From assembly GCA_964640635.1 (NCBI GenBank), contig CAZXFD010000001.1, positions 177,302 through 241,301 on the forward strand: a DNA stretch of 64,000 bases, written 5' to 3'. The stretch comes from an uncultured Gammaproteobacteria bacterium. GTDB taxonomy: Bacteria > Patescibacteriota > Patescibacteriia > UBA1558 > S5-K13. The position numbers and the translations under genes were made by a program. The notes below the pieces were generated by a model. That model worked only from the letters and a program-made list of their open reading frames with translations. It was not told the origin of the DNA and did not search any database. Below are positions 46,787 to 56,700 of the stretch, piece by piece (positions within the stretch are counted from its first letter, which is position 1; every line of letters begins with the position of its first letter).

Positions 46787-47875
46787 ATGTCCAAAGACTA
46801 CTATAAAACCCTGGGTCTTGATAAAAATGCCACAGAGGATCAAATAAAAAAAGCCTTTAGAAAACTTGCCCACGAACATCATCCAGATAAAGCAAATGGA
46901 AAAGATGAAAAATTCAAAGAAATAAACGAAGCTTATCAAGTTTTAGGCAACAAAGACAAAAGAGCTAAGTATGACCAATTTGGTAGTGCTGATTTTGGTT
47001 CTGGCTCAGGATTTGGTGGAGGAGGCTATAGTGGAAACTGGCAAGATTTTTCTGGAGGGTTTAGTGGTGGAAATTCAGATTTTGGATTCGGTGATTTAGG
47101 TGATATTTTTGGGGATATTTTTGGTGCAGGCGGACGAACTACAAAAAAAGGGTCAAGTAGAGGACGAGATGTTGAAATATCTATTGAAATATCATTTGAA
47201 GAAGCGGTTTTTGGGGTAGAAAAAATAGTAAATCTTAAGAAAAATGTTCAATGTGAAAAATGTAATGGTGCCGGTGGTCATGGAAGCAAAACTTGCTCAA
47301 GGTGTAATGGTACAGGACGTATTCATATTCAACAAAATACTATTTTTGGATCTTTTGCTTCAGCGGCACAATGCCCAGAGTGTGATGGTTCAGGGCAGTT
47401 ATTGAAAGAAGTCTGTGGTCATTGTAGTGGCAATGGTTACTATAGTGGTAGTGAAGAAATCAAAATAAAAATTCCAGCAGGAATTGACAATGGTCAATCA
47501 CTCAGACTTCAAGGAAAAGGTGAGCCAGGTAAAAAATCAAAATCAGTGGGGGATTTGTATGTAAGAATAAAAGCACAACCTAGTCGTGAGTTTCAAAGGG
47601 ATGGGTATGATATAAAAAGTTCTGTAAAAGTAAAATATTCCCAACTTATTTTGGGAGATAAAATAAATGTAAAAACACTAGATGGAGATGTGAAGCTCAA
47701 AATTCCTAGCTCTACATCGAGTGGAAAAGTTTTTATATTAAAAGATAAAGGCGTACCAAAATTAAATAGTCGTGGTCGTGGAGATCACTTTGTAAAGGTT
47801 ATATTAGATATGCCAAGTTCTTTAAGTCATGAACAAAAAAAGTTAATAGATGAATTAGCAAAGAGAGGGTTGTAG
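46787..47875 (+). CDS. dnaJ: Chaperone DnaJ
   Basis: J-domain HPD, Gly/Phe-rich linker and four CxxCxGxG zinc-finger repeats. Confidence 0.9.
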   Translation: MSKDYYKTLGLDKNATEDQIKKAFRKLAHEHHPDKANGKDEKFKEINEAYQVLGNKDKRAKYDQFGSADFGSGSGFGGGGYSGNWQDFSGGFSGGNSDFGFGDLGDIFGDIFGAGGRTTKKGSSRGRDVEISIEISFEEAVFGVEKIVNLKKNVQCEKCNGAGGHGSKTCSRCNGTGRIHIQQNTIFGSFASAAQCPECDGSGQLLKEVCGHCSGNGYYSGSEEIKIKIPAGIDNGQSLRLQGKGEPGKKSKSVGDLYVRIKAQPSREFQRDGYDIKSSVKVKYSQLILGDKINVKTLDGDVKLKIPSSTSSGKVFILKDKGVPKLNSRGRGDHFVKVILDMPSSLSHEQKKLIDELAKRGL

Positions 47876-47908
47876 TTATTAGCAGGTCAGTAGTTTAGTT
47901 GCGTATCT

Positions 47909-47926
47909 ACGTAGCTAAGAAGCTAC
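47909..47926 (+). repeat. Hairpin CGTAGCT-aaga-AGCTACG downstream of dnaJ
   Basis: Seen directly. The GTAGCTAAG motif recurs 25 nt later. No clear U-tract. Confidence 0.4.
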
Positions 47927-47995
47927 GAAACTCAATCTATGTAGCTAAGTAACTAATTTTTTGTTATAATATATTTGTTAAATAAAATAGACTTT

Positions 47996-48325
47996 ATGAA
48001 CTTAGATAAATGGAAAGACGTGAAAGCCAATATACTCAGTAATTTTGAAATTACAAATCAATACGAAGAAAAAGATGAGGATTCTCACGGAATAAAAGAA
48101 ACAATAGAATTCAACGGACCTCTTGGAAAAACAAGATTGGTATTTTCTAGCAGAGATTTAATATTAGATAAACATACAAATTATTCAAATAGAATTGGAT
48201 CTGGAGTGTCAGTAGAATATCATTATTCTGATACAGAAAAAACGAATTCTCTTAAAGCATTTAAATTCGTTGATGGAGATTGGCAAGAAATTGAAATGCA
48301 ATTCCAACCATTTATTCAAGATTAG
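47996..48325 (+). CDS. Hypothetical protein
   Basis: ORF preceded by an extended -10 TGTTATAAT. No homolog recognised. Confidence 0.4.
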   Translation: MNLDKWKDVKANILSNFEITNQYEEKDEDSHGIKETIEFNGPLGKTRLVFSSRDLILDKHTNYSNRIGSGVSVEYHYSDTEKTNSLKAFKFVDGDWQEIEMQFQPFIQD

Positions 48326-48374
48326 CCCCATCAATTATATTATTATTCAATTAATCAATTAGGCTATTAATTTT

Positions 48375-48728
48375 ATGAGCTTTATAAGCAGAATTTTTAA
48401 AAAAGAATACTCCCATTTTTTCATTTATAAGTGGAGTATTTTTGCAAGCTTTGTCGAAGTTTTACTCATTGTCCTAGCAACATTTTCGATGACAAATTTA
48501 TATACAATTTTGTCTTCATCTGGGTCTATGAGTAATTCTATATACACAATGGTTTTTTCTTTCTATTTAGTATTGTTTGTTATTCTTACCTGTTTCATCG
48601 TTTTTGGAATGCCATTATATTTAATTATCAAAAAAAGAGCATTTTCTACAGCATTTTTAATGTTGCTTATGACTATGGCTTTTATTTTTGTGTTTTTTAC
48701 AGCACTGCTTTTAGTATATTTGATGTAA
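48375..48728 (+). CDS. Hypothetical membrane protein (3-4 TM helices)
   Basis: Hydrophobic ORF. Confidence 0.4.
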   Translation: MSFISRIFKKEYSHFFIYKWSIFASFVEVLLIVLATFSMTNLYTILSSSGSMSNSIYTMVFSFYLVLFVILTCFIVFGMPLYLIIKKRAFSTAFLMLLMTMAFIFVFFTALLLVYLM

Positions 48729-48805
48729 TTTTTTAATGAATTATTGTGTGTTTTGTATGTAGTGTGAAAAATTAAAAAAATAAATAATAAATTTAAAACA
48801 AAAAA

Positions 48806-49285
48806 ATGCCAAATAATTCATTTTTTTTAAAGGTTTTTCATCCCCAAGAAGATGAAAAAGCATTTTCGCTGATTATTAAGATAGTAATGATTTGTATTAT
48901 TTTAAGTATTCTGCTTTTAGCTATAATTTTGTATTCAAAGAATTTAGAAGAAGAAAGTCAAATTAATGTTTCAAAAGATACAAAACCCGTTGCGGAAGCA
49001 CAACAAGTAGTAACTATAACTCATGACGAACTCGTGTCTAATTATAAAGAAGGTATGATAAAAGTACTAGATGATTTCGATGGAGATTTTTCAAAGCTTA
49101 AAGATAAAATTCTAAACCTTGATGTTCCAATGGAATTTCAAAAATTGCATTTTACTCTTGCAACATCACTAGATAAGGTTATTTATGAAAACGACAAACA
49201 ATCTGCAAAATCAGAAATAACGGATCTTATTAAAGATAATTCATGGCTTGAGCAAGGACTTAGCAAACTCGCAAACAATTTATAA
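48806..49285 (+). CDS. Hypothetical membrane-anchored protein
   Basis: N-terminal TM helix and a soluble helical domain. Confidence 0.4.
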   Translation: MPNNSFFLKVFHPQEDEKAFSLIIKIVMICIILSILLLAIILYSKNLEEESQINVSKDTKPVAEAQQVVTITHDELVSNYKEGMIKVLDDFDGDFSKLKDKILNLDVPMEFQKLHFTLATSLDKVIYENDKQSAKSEITDLIKDNSWLEQGLSKLANNL

Positions 49286-49303
49286 TTTTCAAATACAAAA
49301 AGT

Positions 49304-50050
49304 ATGATAATTTACAAAAAGATACTCGGTTTTTTGCTTAGCTTTTTGTCTGGATTTTTTCTTATTTTAATAAATTACAAACCAACTTGGACTTTTTACA
49401 TAATAATTGTTTATGTGTTATTTTTAGCTTTGTATTTTTGGAGAATAAAAAATAGATTTATTAAATATTCAGAATTGTTGGCTTATTTTTTAATGTTTTT
49501 TGTTTTTATTTTTTCAGTGTTTTTATTTTTTATAACTCTAGATAGTCTTTTCATAAAAATTGTTATATCTATTTTTGTTGCTATTTATTCATTTTTTATA
49601 TTTGAGAGTATATTTAAAAGGATTTATGAGAATATAGAAATCAAGCTTCAATTATTTTTGTATGTTGATTTGTTCTGTTTTTTGTTTTTTATATATTTTT
49701 TATTCTATTCTTATACCATAGTAAAGACTAATTTATTTGCTCTAATATCTTATTTGTTAATTTTTTCTTTTATATTGACAAATATGCGTTTTTATTGGAA
49801 TAAAATAAGTATTAAAAGAAATCTTTTGGGAGCCTTGATTATATGTATGGTTCTGATAGAGTTATATTTGGCTACCTTATTTCTCCCATTTAACTTTTAT
49901 TTATCAGGGTTCATAGTGTGGATATGGTATTATTGTCTAGTAGATTTCATTGTTTTAAAGATAAAAGATGAGTTTATCTGGAGAAAAAAGAAGAAAATGG
50001 TATTTCTTGCCATTATTTTATTTATTTTATCAATAATAAGCATAAGATAA
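49304..50050 (+). CDS. Hypothetical polytopic membrane protein
   Basis: Multiple TM helices. Stop overlaps the next start (ATAATGA). Confidence 0.45.
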   Translation: MIIYKKILGFLLSFLSGFFLILINYKPTWTFYIIIVYVLFLALYFWRIKNRFIKYSELLAYFLMFFVFIFSVFLFFITLDSLFIKIVISIFVAIYSFFIFESIFKRIYENIEIKLQLFLYVDLFCFLFFIYFLFYSYTIVKTNLFALISYLLIFSFILTNMRFYWNKISIKRNLLGALIICMVLIELYLATLFLPFNFYLSGFIVWIWYYCLVDFIVLKIKDEFIWRKKKKMVFLAIILFILSIISIR

Positions 50051-51141
50051 TGAAACAAAATCTCAAAAATATAACAATAATAGTCCTTATCGTTTGTTCA
50101 GCTATTTTTGTCATAGTTAGTATTTTCTATGGAATTCAGATGAGAAAAATTTTATCCCAATATCAAGAATCTGTTGATGCAAAAAGAATCAATTTTGTAA
50201 ATGAAGAGAATAAAAATCAAAATCCAAAGAACATAAATGCAAAGTTGTTAGATAGTCTAAATAATCAAATCTGGACACTTGCAAGAGCCAAAACTAGTAA
50301 ATCAAAAGAAGTATTAGATCAAGCATATTTTAATGAAAATTTTATAGGTTGGGTTGTCGTTGCAACAAATGATGGTTGGTTTATGACAAATAGTCCACTT
50401 AGTGATTATAAGAATTTAGTTGTAATAAGTAATAAAAATGAAATTATAAATATTGAAAGTGTTTATAAAGATCCAATTTTAAATATTTATTATTTGAAAG
50501 CGAATAAAAATGGATTGGAGCCAATTGCATTTGCAGATCCAGATGATATAAATGTGGGTCAAGACGCATATCTCATTAAACCTAATTTATACAATTATCA
50601 AAACGAGACGTTGTTTAATTCAGTGAGAAATCTTCATTCAAGATTCATAAATAACAAACTAGATCTAGTCCACAAACCAGACGATTTTATCTTATATGGA
50701 CTTCTAAATAGTTATAATGATGAAAATTTGCCTATTGTAAATAGTGAGGCACAGCTTATGGGCTTTTCTATAAATAAGAACAATCAAAGCTATTTTGTTC
50801 CAAGTAGATACATAAGGTATTCAATAAAGAGCTTTTTTGCAAACAACAACAAGGTTATTTATCCAAGCACAGGAATTTCTTATATAGATTTGAGCGAAGT
50901 TGTTCTAAGGGATCAAAATTTACCAAAGAAAGGTGCTTATGTTTATTCAGTCACCAAACCTAGCGAATTTCAAAAAGGGGATGTTATTACTTATATTGGC
51001 GGAGATGAAATCAATGAAATAAGGCAGTTAAATACAATTTTACTTGATTATGGTCCAGGATCTAAGGTTTCTGCTACATTTATCAGAGATGGCAAGGAAC
51101 AAAAAGTAGACATAACATTAGGACAATCGCTTATTAAATAA
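50050..51141 (+). CDS. Membrane-anchored PDZ-domain protein (HtrA-like architecture, catalytic motifs not evident)
   Basis: N-terminal TM helix. C-terminal PDZ-like segment GAYVYSVTKPSEFQKGDVITYIGGDEINEIRQL...ATFIRDGKEQKVDITLG. No GNSGG serine motif found. Confidence 0.55.
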   Translation: MKQNLKNITIIVLIVCSAIFVIVSIFYGIQMRKILSQYQESVDAKRINFVNEENKNQNPKNINAKLLDSLNNQIWTLARAKTSKSKEVLDQAYFNENFIGWVVVATNDGWFMTNSPLSDYKNLVVISNKNEIINIESVYKDPILNIYYLKANKNGLEPIAFADPDDINVGQDAYLIKPNLYNYQNETLFNSVRNLHSRFINNKLDLVHKPDDFILYGLLNSYNDENLPIVNSEAQLMGFSINKNNQSYFVPSRYIRYSIKSFFANNNKVIYPSTGISYIDLSEVVLRDQNLPKKGAYVYSVTKPSEFQKGDVITYIGGDEINEIRQLNTILLDYGPGSKVSATFIRDGKEQKVDITLGQSLIK

Positions 51142-51147
51142 AAATTA

Positions 51148-51720
51148 ATGAATAGATTAAAAATAGAAAAATTAGCACTCTATAAGATTAAGGCTGGGCA
51201 ACTAGATGCTTTCGCAGATCTTTATGATTTATATTATAAGCAAATTTATAGATATATTTATTTCAAAGTTCCCACAAAAGAAAAGGCAGAAGATCTTACA
51301 AGTGATACTTTTTTAAAATGTTGGGAATATATCAACAAGCACGAAAACGCTATAAAGAATTTTCAAGCCTTTATCTATCAGGTAGCTAGAAATCTTATAG
51401 CAGATTTTTACAAAAAGCCCAAGGAAAACCAGCTTCCTATTTTTGATGAAAAAGACGAAGCAATACAAATAGAGGACACAGATTTTACCCAAAACCTAGA
51501 ATTATTGTCAGATTGGCAAATTTTAGAAAAATCACTGCGAGTATTAGGCAAAATCAATGGAAAATGGCAAGAAGTAGTACTTCTTAAACATATTGAAGGA
51601 TTTTCAATAAATGAAATTGCCAACTTATTAAATGAATCAAAGTCAAATGTGAAAGTCTTAATTCATAGAGGTATGGAAAAACTCAAAGAAATAGCCAATA
51701 AAGACATCAAAGAAGATTAA
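51148..51720 (+). CDS. Sigma-70 family (ECF-like) RNA polymerase sigma factor
   Basis: Region 2 FLKCWEYI...FIYQVARNLIADFYKK. Region 4 SINEIANLLNESKSNVKVLIHRGMEKLK. Confidence 0.8.
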   Translation: MNRLKIEKLALYKIKAGQLDAFADLYDLYYKQIYRYIYFKVPTKEKAEDLTSDTFLKCWEYINKHENAIKNFQAFIYQVARNLIADFYKKPKENQLPIFDEKDEAIQIEDTDFTQNLELLSDWQILEKSLRVLGKINGKWQEVVLLKHIEGFSINEIANLLNESKSNVKVLIHRGMEKLKEIANKDIKED

Positions 51721-51750
51721 AACCGCCAATACAGATTGACGGTTTTTTGT
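51719..51750 (+). terminator. Intrinsic terminator after the sigma gene
   Basis: AAAACCG-ccaatacagattga-CGGTTTTTTG. Confidence 0.5.
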
Positions 51751-51765
51751 TTAATAAAAAAAATC

Positions 51766-51795
51766 AGGGGCGATCGCTTTTGCGCAACTGCCCCT
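51766..51795 (-). terminator. Terminator of the minus-strand lipoprotein gene
   Basis: AGGGGC-gatcgcttttgcgcaactg-GCCCCT, with a T-run on the minus strand. Confidence 0.5.
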
Positions 51796-51803
51796 ATTTG
51801 TGT

Positions 51804-52157
51804 TTATAGTTTCTTTATCCGACTCCAACGGGTGTCGGAACCAGAAGTTTTCGTGTTATAAGTTACAACGTTTTCTCCCGAAGATGATAACATTGCTTCA
51901 GTAAGATTGATCTTTGTCACAATGGCATCTGTGGGTATTTCTACCCTATAGCTATCACCTTCATAGCTGAAAGTAATAACCGCAGCGCCGGTTTGGATTT
52001 CTCGGCCGGAGCCTATTGATACTGAGAAAAGCCCTTCTACAAAGGTGTAATCACCATTTACAGATGAACCATCTATTATAACACTTGTTTCTTGCTTGCC
52101 ACAGGCAGATATGCACAGTAGCGCTGCTAATGAGATTATTATTAATATACCTTTCAT
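51804..52157 (-). CDS. Small lipoprotein
   Basis: Shine-Dalgarno AGGAGGA plus signal peptide with lipobox LLCISAC. Start placed at MKGIL rather than the longer ORF. Confidence 0.55.
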   Translation of the reverse strand: MKGILIIISLAALLCISACGKQETSVIIDGSSVNGDYTFVEGLFSVSIGSGREIQTGAAVITFSYEGDSYRVEIPTDAIVTKINLTEAMLSSSGENVVTYNTKTSGSDTRWSRIKKL

Positions 52158-52221
52158 TTTATCCTCCTTATTGGATATATTTATACTATAGCATATCTTA
52201 ATATAAATGTCAAATAATATA

Positions 52222-52258
52222 CCAACCCGGGGTTGACTATTCGGCAACCCCGGGTTGG
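52222..52258. repeat. Perfect 14-bp inverted repeat (CCAACCCGGGGTTG, 9-nt spacer, CAACCCCGGGTTGG), each arm itself palindromic, in the divergent intergenic region
   Basis: Seen directly. Strongly GC-rich. Can fold as one long hairpin or two small ones. Confidence 0.6.
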
Positions 52259-52361
52259 GGTTTCAAGGTGTAACCTTTTCCCATTAAACCCGTCTTACTA
52301 TATAGAGAAACATATCTCTACAAAACAAAAACAAAAAAATAAGCCTAAAAACAACAATATT

Positions 52362-53435
52362 ATGAAAGACACTGACATATTAAAAAATTTAAAAGACTTC
52401 AAAGACATAGAGCCGGATGAAAAGTGGTACCACGTCAACCGCTCTATTTTGTTAAACATTATAGATCGTGATTCTGTAACAAAGGAATCGTTTAGCCTAA
52501 AGAGAGTATTTTTTGGGTTTTTGCTTGTATTTAGAAACATGATGCCAAACTGGAAAGTAGCTCTATCAAGCTTTGTAGCAATAGTAATGGTCGGTGGTAG
52601 CGTATTTGGAGCAAGCGCATCTATTCCAGGACAAGCACTTTACCCAGTAAAGCTTGCTACAGAAAAAATTGAAATCAGTCTTGCAAAGGACGAAGTATCA
52701 GAAACCAATATTAGACTCAAGCATATTGATAATAGAATAGCAGAAATTAACAAACTTTCTTCAGATGAGGCTCAAAAGCACATAGAAAGCATTACAGCAA
52801 ATATTACCGAAAATCTAAACAATGTTCAAAACTCACTCAAAACAATAGAAAAAAGTGATTCTGTCAACAATAAAGACATTGTTAAGCTAGCTCAACTAGT
52901 CGACGAGAAAACAATCAATGCTACAAAAGCAATAAAAGGAATTAGTTCTGACTCTGTTTCAGCTACCGAAATTGCAACGCTAGGAAATCAAGTTAGCCAA
53001 AAAGCTCTTGAAGTCATCATAGATAAGACTGGTGAGGAATCAAAAGAAGTCATTGAAAACAGTCTAAACAACAAAATTCAATTACAAGAAGAAAGAGCAA
53101 CTGCTGTTACAGCAAAGATAAATGAAGTTACAAAAGCAGATGATTCTAAGGTAATTGTTAAATCTACAAGTACAGACCCAAATATTGAATTTAATATAGA
53201 TCAATTAAAGAAAATAGATCCAACGGAAATTGACAAATATTTGAAATCAGCAAAAGAGCTTATATCCCTCGGTAATTACAAAGGAGCTCTTATAGAACTA
53301 GAAAAAGCACAATTTTCTCTAGACTTATCAGATAAAGCACTAGATTCTGTTATAAAAGATGGATATAAAAAAGATATTGAAAATATAGAAAAAAATATAA
53401 AAGAAATAGAAAACAAAGACACCTTGAAAAATTAA
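52362..53435 (+). CDS. Membrane protein with a DUF5667-like coiled-coil ectodomain (anti-sigma-factor-like)
   Basis: Cytoplasmic N-terminus, TM helix, then LYPVKLATEKIEISLAKDEV...IRLKHIDNRIAEI. Located beside an ECF sigma gene. Start set at MKDTDIL. Confidence 0.5.
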   Translation: MKDTDILKNLKDFKDIEPDEKWYHVNRSILLNIIDRDSVTKESFSLKRVFFGFLLVFRNMMPNWKVALSSFVAIVMVGGSVFGASASIPGQALYPVKLATEKIEISLAKDEVSETNIRLKHIDNRIAEINKLSSDEAQKHIESITANITENLNNVQNSLKTIEKSDSVNNKDIVKLAQLVDEKTINATKAIKGISSDSVSATEIATLGNQVSQKALEVIIDKTGEESKEVIENSLNNKIQLQEERATAVTAKINEVTKADDSKVIVKSTSTDPNIEFNIDQLKKIDPTEIDKYLKSAKELISLGNYKGALIELEKAQFSLDLSDKALDSVIKDGYKKDIENIEKNIKEIENKDTLKN

Positions 53436-53487
53436 TTTAATTTAAATAAGATATCAAAATTTATCTTGATTTGTGGAAGCTTTATTA

Positions 53488-53755
53488 TTGTAGATTGTGT
53501 TAAGGGCCTATAATATAGACATTTAGCACAATCTATAATGACATTGCGCGAGCAAGTCAGGATGGATTTCTCTCGCACCTTATTAAGAGGTGGGGGGATA
53601 AGTTCTCTATTACGGGTTGTGTTTTATCTTATTGGCCCATTGGTCCTGGTTGATAGCAAGATCGATGCCGCAAGGCAATCACCTCGAGTCAATGAATAAA
53701 GGTAATAAGACAAAGGCAATTTAAGTAATATTGAATTATAAAAAGGAAAAAAAAT
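53488..53755 (+). promoter_or_regulatory. Candidate promoter (TTGTAG...TATAAT) plus a roughly 230-nt GC-rich structured 5' leader of the giant surface-protein gene
   Basis: 9-bp stem TAGATTGTG/CACAATCTA around the -10 region. Stems GCGAG/CTCGC and CACCT/AGGTG. GNRA hairpin TGCC-gcaa-GGCA. The GC content is atypical for intergenic DNA here. Confidence 0.35.
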
Positions 53756-56700
53756 ATGAATTTAATTAAAAAATTATTTGTTTATGCCGTTGTATTTTCA
53801 ATGGTATTGACAATGGCTTTGCCAGCAGGTATCGCTGTTGCTTCTACAAGTTTAGTAGCAGGCGATTTGATTAAGGCAAACAATTCTGCTGCTGTATATT
53901 ATTACAACGGTTCAGAAAGATTTGCTTTTCCAAACGCAACAACATACTTTAGTTGGTATCAAGACTTCAGCACTGTAAAAACAATTACACCTGAAGAACT
54001 ATCTGCCGTTACATATAATGGTAAGTTAGTAACAGTAAGACCTGGAACACAATTGGTAAAGATTCAATCTGATCCAAAAGTTTATGCAGTAGAACCAGGT
54101 GGAAAATTAAGATCAATTCCTTCAGAGGCTGTAGCAGCATCTTTGTTTGGAATTAATTGGGGTAGATTGGTAGTAGATGTATCAGACGCTTTTTGGTTCT
54201 GGTATGATAGAACAAACACAACTCCACTATCAACAGTTCATCCAACAGGATCTTTAGTAAAATATGCAAATTCAAACAATGTTTATTATATTGATGGAAC
54301 ATCAAAGAGATTAGTAACAACAGCAGGATTTACAGCAAACAAATTCGACAATGATTTTGTACTTGTAATCCCTGATACAGTTACTTATACAGATGGAACA
54401 CAAGTTACAGGAGCAGAAGCTGGTTTATTCCCTATTACTAGCGGAACAACAACAGCTCCAGCAACATTAGGAGCTTTGACTTTCGCTATGTCTGCATCAA
54501 ATCCAGTTTCAGCAACAATTATTTCTGATGATGCAAGTTCAGCTCAAGCAATGATTCCATTTATTGCTGTAAATCTTACAGCTTCATCAGCAGGTAGTGT
54601 AAAAGTTTCAAAGATGATGTTTGAAAGAACTGGTATCTCTTCAGATACAGATCTTGCAAATCTTTATTTATTTGATGGAGTAACAAAACTTACAGATTCT
54701 GGATCAATATCAAACAAGATAGTAACTTTCAATGATAATGATACAGAGGGAATTATTACAATTCCTGCAGGAACAACAAAAACAATCATGCTAAAAGGTG
54801 ATTTAACCGTTCCTACATCTGCTTCAAAGCAAATTGGATTTAATTTGACAAATGTTACATCAAACGCAGCTTCAACAGCTGGATCATATCCAGTAGTTGG
54901 AAATCTTATGGTAACAGCTCAAGCAACAGATTTGGGTTATGCTACTATTGAATCATTACCTATTCCAACTGCAGCTTCAACAGATGTAAATTCAAATGAA
55001 AAAGATTTCGAAGCATTCAAAGTAACATTCCAAACAGTTAATCAAGACATGCAACTCGAAGGTTTGAGACTTACTCAAGTTGGTAGCGTTTCAAATGGAG
55101 ATCTTGCAAACTTTAGATTAATGGTTGGTGGAACAACTCTTGCAACTGCAGAGTTGAATGGTAACAATGAATTGTATTTTGATCTTTCAGCAAATCCTTA
55201 TGTTATTACAAAAGGAAATTCAAAGACGTTCTCATTGTTAGTTGACGTTGTAAAAGGTTCTACAAGAACATTTTATTTCGCAATTCAAAATGCATCTGAT
55301 ATTTTGATGAAAGATAAAGGATATAATGTTTATACTCAAACATTTGACACCGGTACAACATGGACAGCATATAAAGATGCTGACGGTTATTATGAAGTAT
55401 TAGCAGGTACCCTTTCAACAACAAAAGATAACACATCTCCATCAGGAACAGCTGTAGTAAATGCAACTAATGTTAAATTAGGAACATTTAAATTCGAAGC
55501 ATCTGGAGAAGATGTAAAAGTAAAGAGCTTGGATCTTAAAATTGCTTCAACAGGAGCAACAGCAGATTCTGGTATTCAAAATGTAAAGATTTATTATGAT
55601 GGTGTACAAGTTGGTAATACAAAAAATCTTACAACAAGTACAACAGCAGTAAATTTCTCATTTGGATCAAGTATGGTATTGCCAGCTGGAACACCAAAAT
55701 TAGTTGATATCTATGCTGATACAAAGAAAGCAGACGGTACAACTCTTACAGATGGTGGAAACATTCAAATTAAGATTATTGCAGGATCAGATGCTCAAGG
55801 AGTAGTTTCCCTTTCAACTGTTAGCGTAGGCGCAGTAGATGGAAATTCTTTAACATTGTCAACATCTGCTCTATCAATGGCAAAATATGCTTCATTCGGT
55901 GATAACTACCTAACATCTCCTGCATCAGCTGCTAAAATTGGTTCTTTCACAATGACAGCTGGAGCAACAGAAGGTATTACCATTGACAATATTTATGTTA
56001 GTGGTGTTACTTCAGGAGTATTATCAAATTTGACATTGAAAAATGGAACAACAATTTTAGCTACAAAAGCAACTCTTCCATCAAGTGGTACAACTACTAT
56101 TGGAATGGGAGCAAATTTGTCTCTAAATGCTGGTGAAAGTAAAGTTATTGATATTTATGCTGATGTAAAATCAGGTATAACTTCATATAGCCTTACCTCA
56201 GTAGTAGCAGCTGATGGAACAACAAAGGTTACAAATACATCAGCAGTTTCAACAGGTGCAACACTTCAAACAATGGGTATTGCAGCTGGTTCTATTTCAG
56301 TAGCAAATGGTTCAGCAAAACCAGATGCTGATATAGTAATTGGTGGAATGACAACTCTTGTAAACTCAGTTGAGTTCACTGCTCTTAACGAAGCAATGAG
56401 AGTTACAAACTTGCAAATTACTTCAGCTGGAACAGCTGGATCTGTTGCAGCAGTAATACTTGAATATCCAAAAGAAGATGGTACAACAGGTACTGCTACT
56501 GGATATATTAGTGGAACTACAGCAACATTTAATAATTTAGCAATGTATGTTCCAAAGAATGGAACAGCAGTGTTAAGTATTAAAGCTCAGGTTTCATCAG
56601 TAACACAATCTGCAGCAAATATATCAGGGTATGGAGTTAAATTAAGTATTGCAAGCTTGACATCAAACACAGATCCATCATTATTCAGTGCAGTTGGTCT

